Assembly: GCA_043228905.1 (NCBI GenBank)
Contig: JBHGNT010000018.1
Location: 2,108,001 to 2,172,000 of the forward strand
Length of the DNA: 64,000 nucleotides
DNA from: Azolla caroliniana
Lineage: Eukaryota > Plantae > Polypodiophyta
Direction of reading: 5' to 3'
Position 1 is the first letter of the stretch. Each line of letters starts with the position of its first letter. The notes beneath the pieces are model-generated. The model was not told the origin of the DNA. It did no database searches and saw only the letters and a list, made by a program, of their open reading frames with translations. Positions 61,296 to 64,000 of this stretch are shown piece by piece. A program made the translations under genes and the position numbers.

Positions 61296-64000
61296 CTGCA
61301 ATGATCATCCAAAAGGTTAAATCACAACCAACATACATTGATCAATAAAGCAAACAAAGAAAATCACATGCCACATTGCTATAATCACACATACTATTCC
61401 TTATTAAGCAAAGAAGTTTGCATACATGCCACATTTCTGATACCACATACCAGAGCAAAGAATTTAACATGCCATGTTTCTTTTACCGCATACAAAACCA
61501 AAGAACATTGTATGTTACATTGCTACTGTCAAACACACATGTAACCGAAGAACTTGGCATGCTACATTGCGACCATGGTATGTTACATAGCTACTGTCAA
61601 ACATATAATCAAAGAACTTGACATGCTACATTGCTACCACCACATACGTAACCAAACAACTTGGCATGCTACATTATGACTGCCACAAATTGCTAATACC
61701 ACAAACATAAGGAAACAACTTTACATGCTACACTAAGCACATATTGATTAGCAAAGAAGTTGCCATGCCACATTGCCATTACCTATTTTACTTTGGGCAT
61801 AAGCATAAGTATTTGCTCCATGCAACCTTGCAAGCAGCCCGATCATGGGGCCACTATTGTAAGTAGTAGGTTCACTTTGGTCGAAATTTTCCCTGTCATC
61901 TGCATAGTTGTCATTCTCATCGGGACCTCCTACTATTGCACCAACATGGATATTAGGGTTACTAGAGCTCCTTGTATACCACGTCTGATATCCTTCCCTG
62001 CAAGGAACAAAACTTGGGTCCTCTTTGTACGAGATGATTGAGGCAGCACGATGATGAACCCTTTGTGGATAATTAGAACCAAGACCAACCATATAACTAG
62101 TTCCTCTAGGATTATTTCCCAGTATATAGTCAACCTAATACAAAGAACAGAACTTTCATGTTATCATATCCTTCGCATGATTGATATCTACACAGAACTG
62201 GATGCTAGCTCTACCTGAGATTTTGCCATATCAAAGAGCTCTGTGGATCCAACATGTCCAGCCGGGCAGACTATTTCCTTATTAGATTTTGAAAGATAGT
62301 CTGAATATACTGTCATGAGGAAGGATGCTCCAACCACATATTGCAAGTTGTTCCAAGCTCTTGTATATATCAAACCCCCTGCGTATATAAGGTACACTCA
62401 AGATATGATAAAAACAATGATGTCTGCCATAATCACATCCAAATATTAACATTCATAAACATGAAAAAGAAGATGGAGTCCTTCAAAGAATAGTATGTTG
62501 AGTACCTGGAGTCCGCCGAACATCTCTCCCATAATTTTTCTGGAGGCAAGCACACATGAAGTAATGTGCTTGAGCCTGATATTGCATCAAAATCTCTAAA
62601 TCTGAACCTCTTCCTTCCAATAAAATCTGCATTTTATGGAATACTCCCACTTAAAAAATGAAAGTGATTAAGAGAGCTTGCAATCACTAAAAAAATAATT
62701 ATCTAACCTTTGATGCAAGAACTTGGACACCAGCATACTTAACATCCCAGCTGAATTCTTTCACTGCCCAACTAGTTCCACCTAAACTATGAGCATTCTG
62801 GATAACATATTCAAGGTAATAATTGTCTGTTGTAGCCTCAAAGAGCCATAAAGCAGCCCAGAGAAGTTCATCCTGTCAAGTAAAGCATAAAATCTATTTG
62901 AATCAATGATATGGAAACCATTTAATCATTAATATTGTCTCTTCTCTTAGCTTACACCATAGCCACTCTCGGACAAATAGAAATTTCGGGCCACCCAAAT
63001 GCTGCTGTCATAATGACCCCGATAAGTATCCGCAAAAGTGAAGAGCTGAAATAAATGAAAAACGTAAGCGTGCTATTAGAAAGAAACCCTATCTCTGCAT
63101 TTACATACATATATATACTGAATGTGAACAATATAAGAGAGAAAGAGAGAGCCAACTAAAAGAATAGTATGGAAGAGAGATGAAAGATTATTATTACCTG
63201 CTTAGCATGTTCTAATAGAGTTAATGAATAAGATGGATCTGTCCTCGAGAAGACCATAGAGGCAGCTGCCATGGCTGCCGCAGTTTCTGCAGCCAGTTCA
63301 GATCCTGGGTTGTTCTCACTGATGCTGTAAGCTTGTCTTGACGTCGTCATATCCTCAGGCCTTTGCCAACAATAGTGGTCTGAAAATCCATCTCCAACCT
63401 TCATAGAATTTTATCATTATAATCATCATCAATTCGCCAATTCTAATAAGAGAAAACTTTTAAATAACACTGCACCATCCTTAATTTTTCAATCAGAACT
63501 ATTCCTGGAGTTCTAGAACGTACACCTACCACAAACAGCCGCTGTACTCCCCTCCATCATCAGGGATTGCTTATTTCCGATAATAATAATTTACAGAATA
63601 TCAGGAATGTGAAATCATTTGCGACCTTGAGAAAAACAGGTGATAGTATCTAGGCCTCTCAAACATCATTTGTTGTCTATTTACAAAAAAACTCTTCTTA
63701 GGAATCAAGAATGTAAACCAGTAGCAGTTATGATATCTACTCTCAACAATTCACCATATTCACTTTCTCAATAAAGCCTCAAACTTTGGGTTATATTCAG
63801 TAGGAAATACTCTAGGCATATCCATTCACGAAATTATTTTACCTATAGCAAGAGATATTGATTGATTCCAAATTTCCAATAACAACAGCATACCTCTCCC
63901 CACAGAAGATTGGGCTCTGGGTGAGCTTTGATGAAGTAATCTGTTCCCCACCTTATTGCTTCATGGACATGTTGGAGTTCTCCAGTAGAGGAAATGCGGT
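60982..64000 (-). CDS. GH9C: Endo-1,4-beta-glucanase, glycoside hydrolase family 9 class C (GH9 + CBM49); 5' part lies outside the window
   Basis: Phase-consistent GT-AG exons: >64000-63894, 63398-63198, 63045-62956, 62872-62708, 62626-62506, 62378-62215, 62134-61783, 61295-60982. Motifs [74 protein letters not shown]; no internal stops. Confidence 0.95.
61360..61780. repeat. Degenerate tandem repeat in the last GH9C intron
   Basis: Recurrent AACTTGGCATGCTACATTGCTAC-like units. Confidence 0.7.

Overview
Land-plant nuclear DNA (the retroelement content suggests a non-flowering plant; this is inference). Bases 1-48323 are a nested cluster of decayed LTR retrotransposons: two Tork/Tto1-like Copia copies, a second Copia family, an Athila/OTA-like Gypsy, and several members of a tRNA-Trp-primed, Ylt1-like Gypsy group, plus non-autonomous relatives and MITEs. 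Bases 48324-60900 are AT-rich, with a Mutator-type MITE and a LINE remnant. Bases 60982-64000 hold the 3' eight exons of a minus-strand GH9C endoglucanase with a CBM49 domain. Two systems stand out. (1) An Arg-tRNA-primed Gypsy group at 11288-22021 breaks normal LTR architecture: a gag-pol element has inverted terminal repeats and a perfect 5-bp TSD; its non-autonomous host has two unrelated LTRs and an inverted tRNA primer-binding site where the PPT should be; and a 174-bp TG..CA foldback element has a 5-bp TSD. (2) The Trp-primed group makes 4-bp TSDs, has repeatedly inserted into the same ACGT site, and appears to use a -1 frameshift after the protease. All boundaries were read by eye, and family names come from recalled motifs, not database searches.
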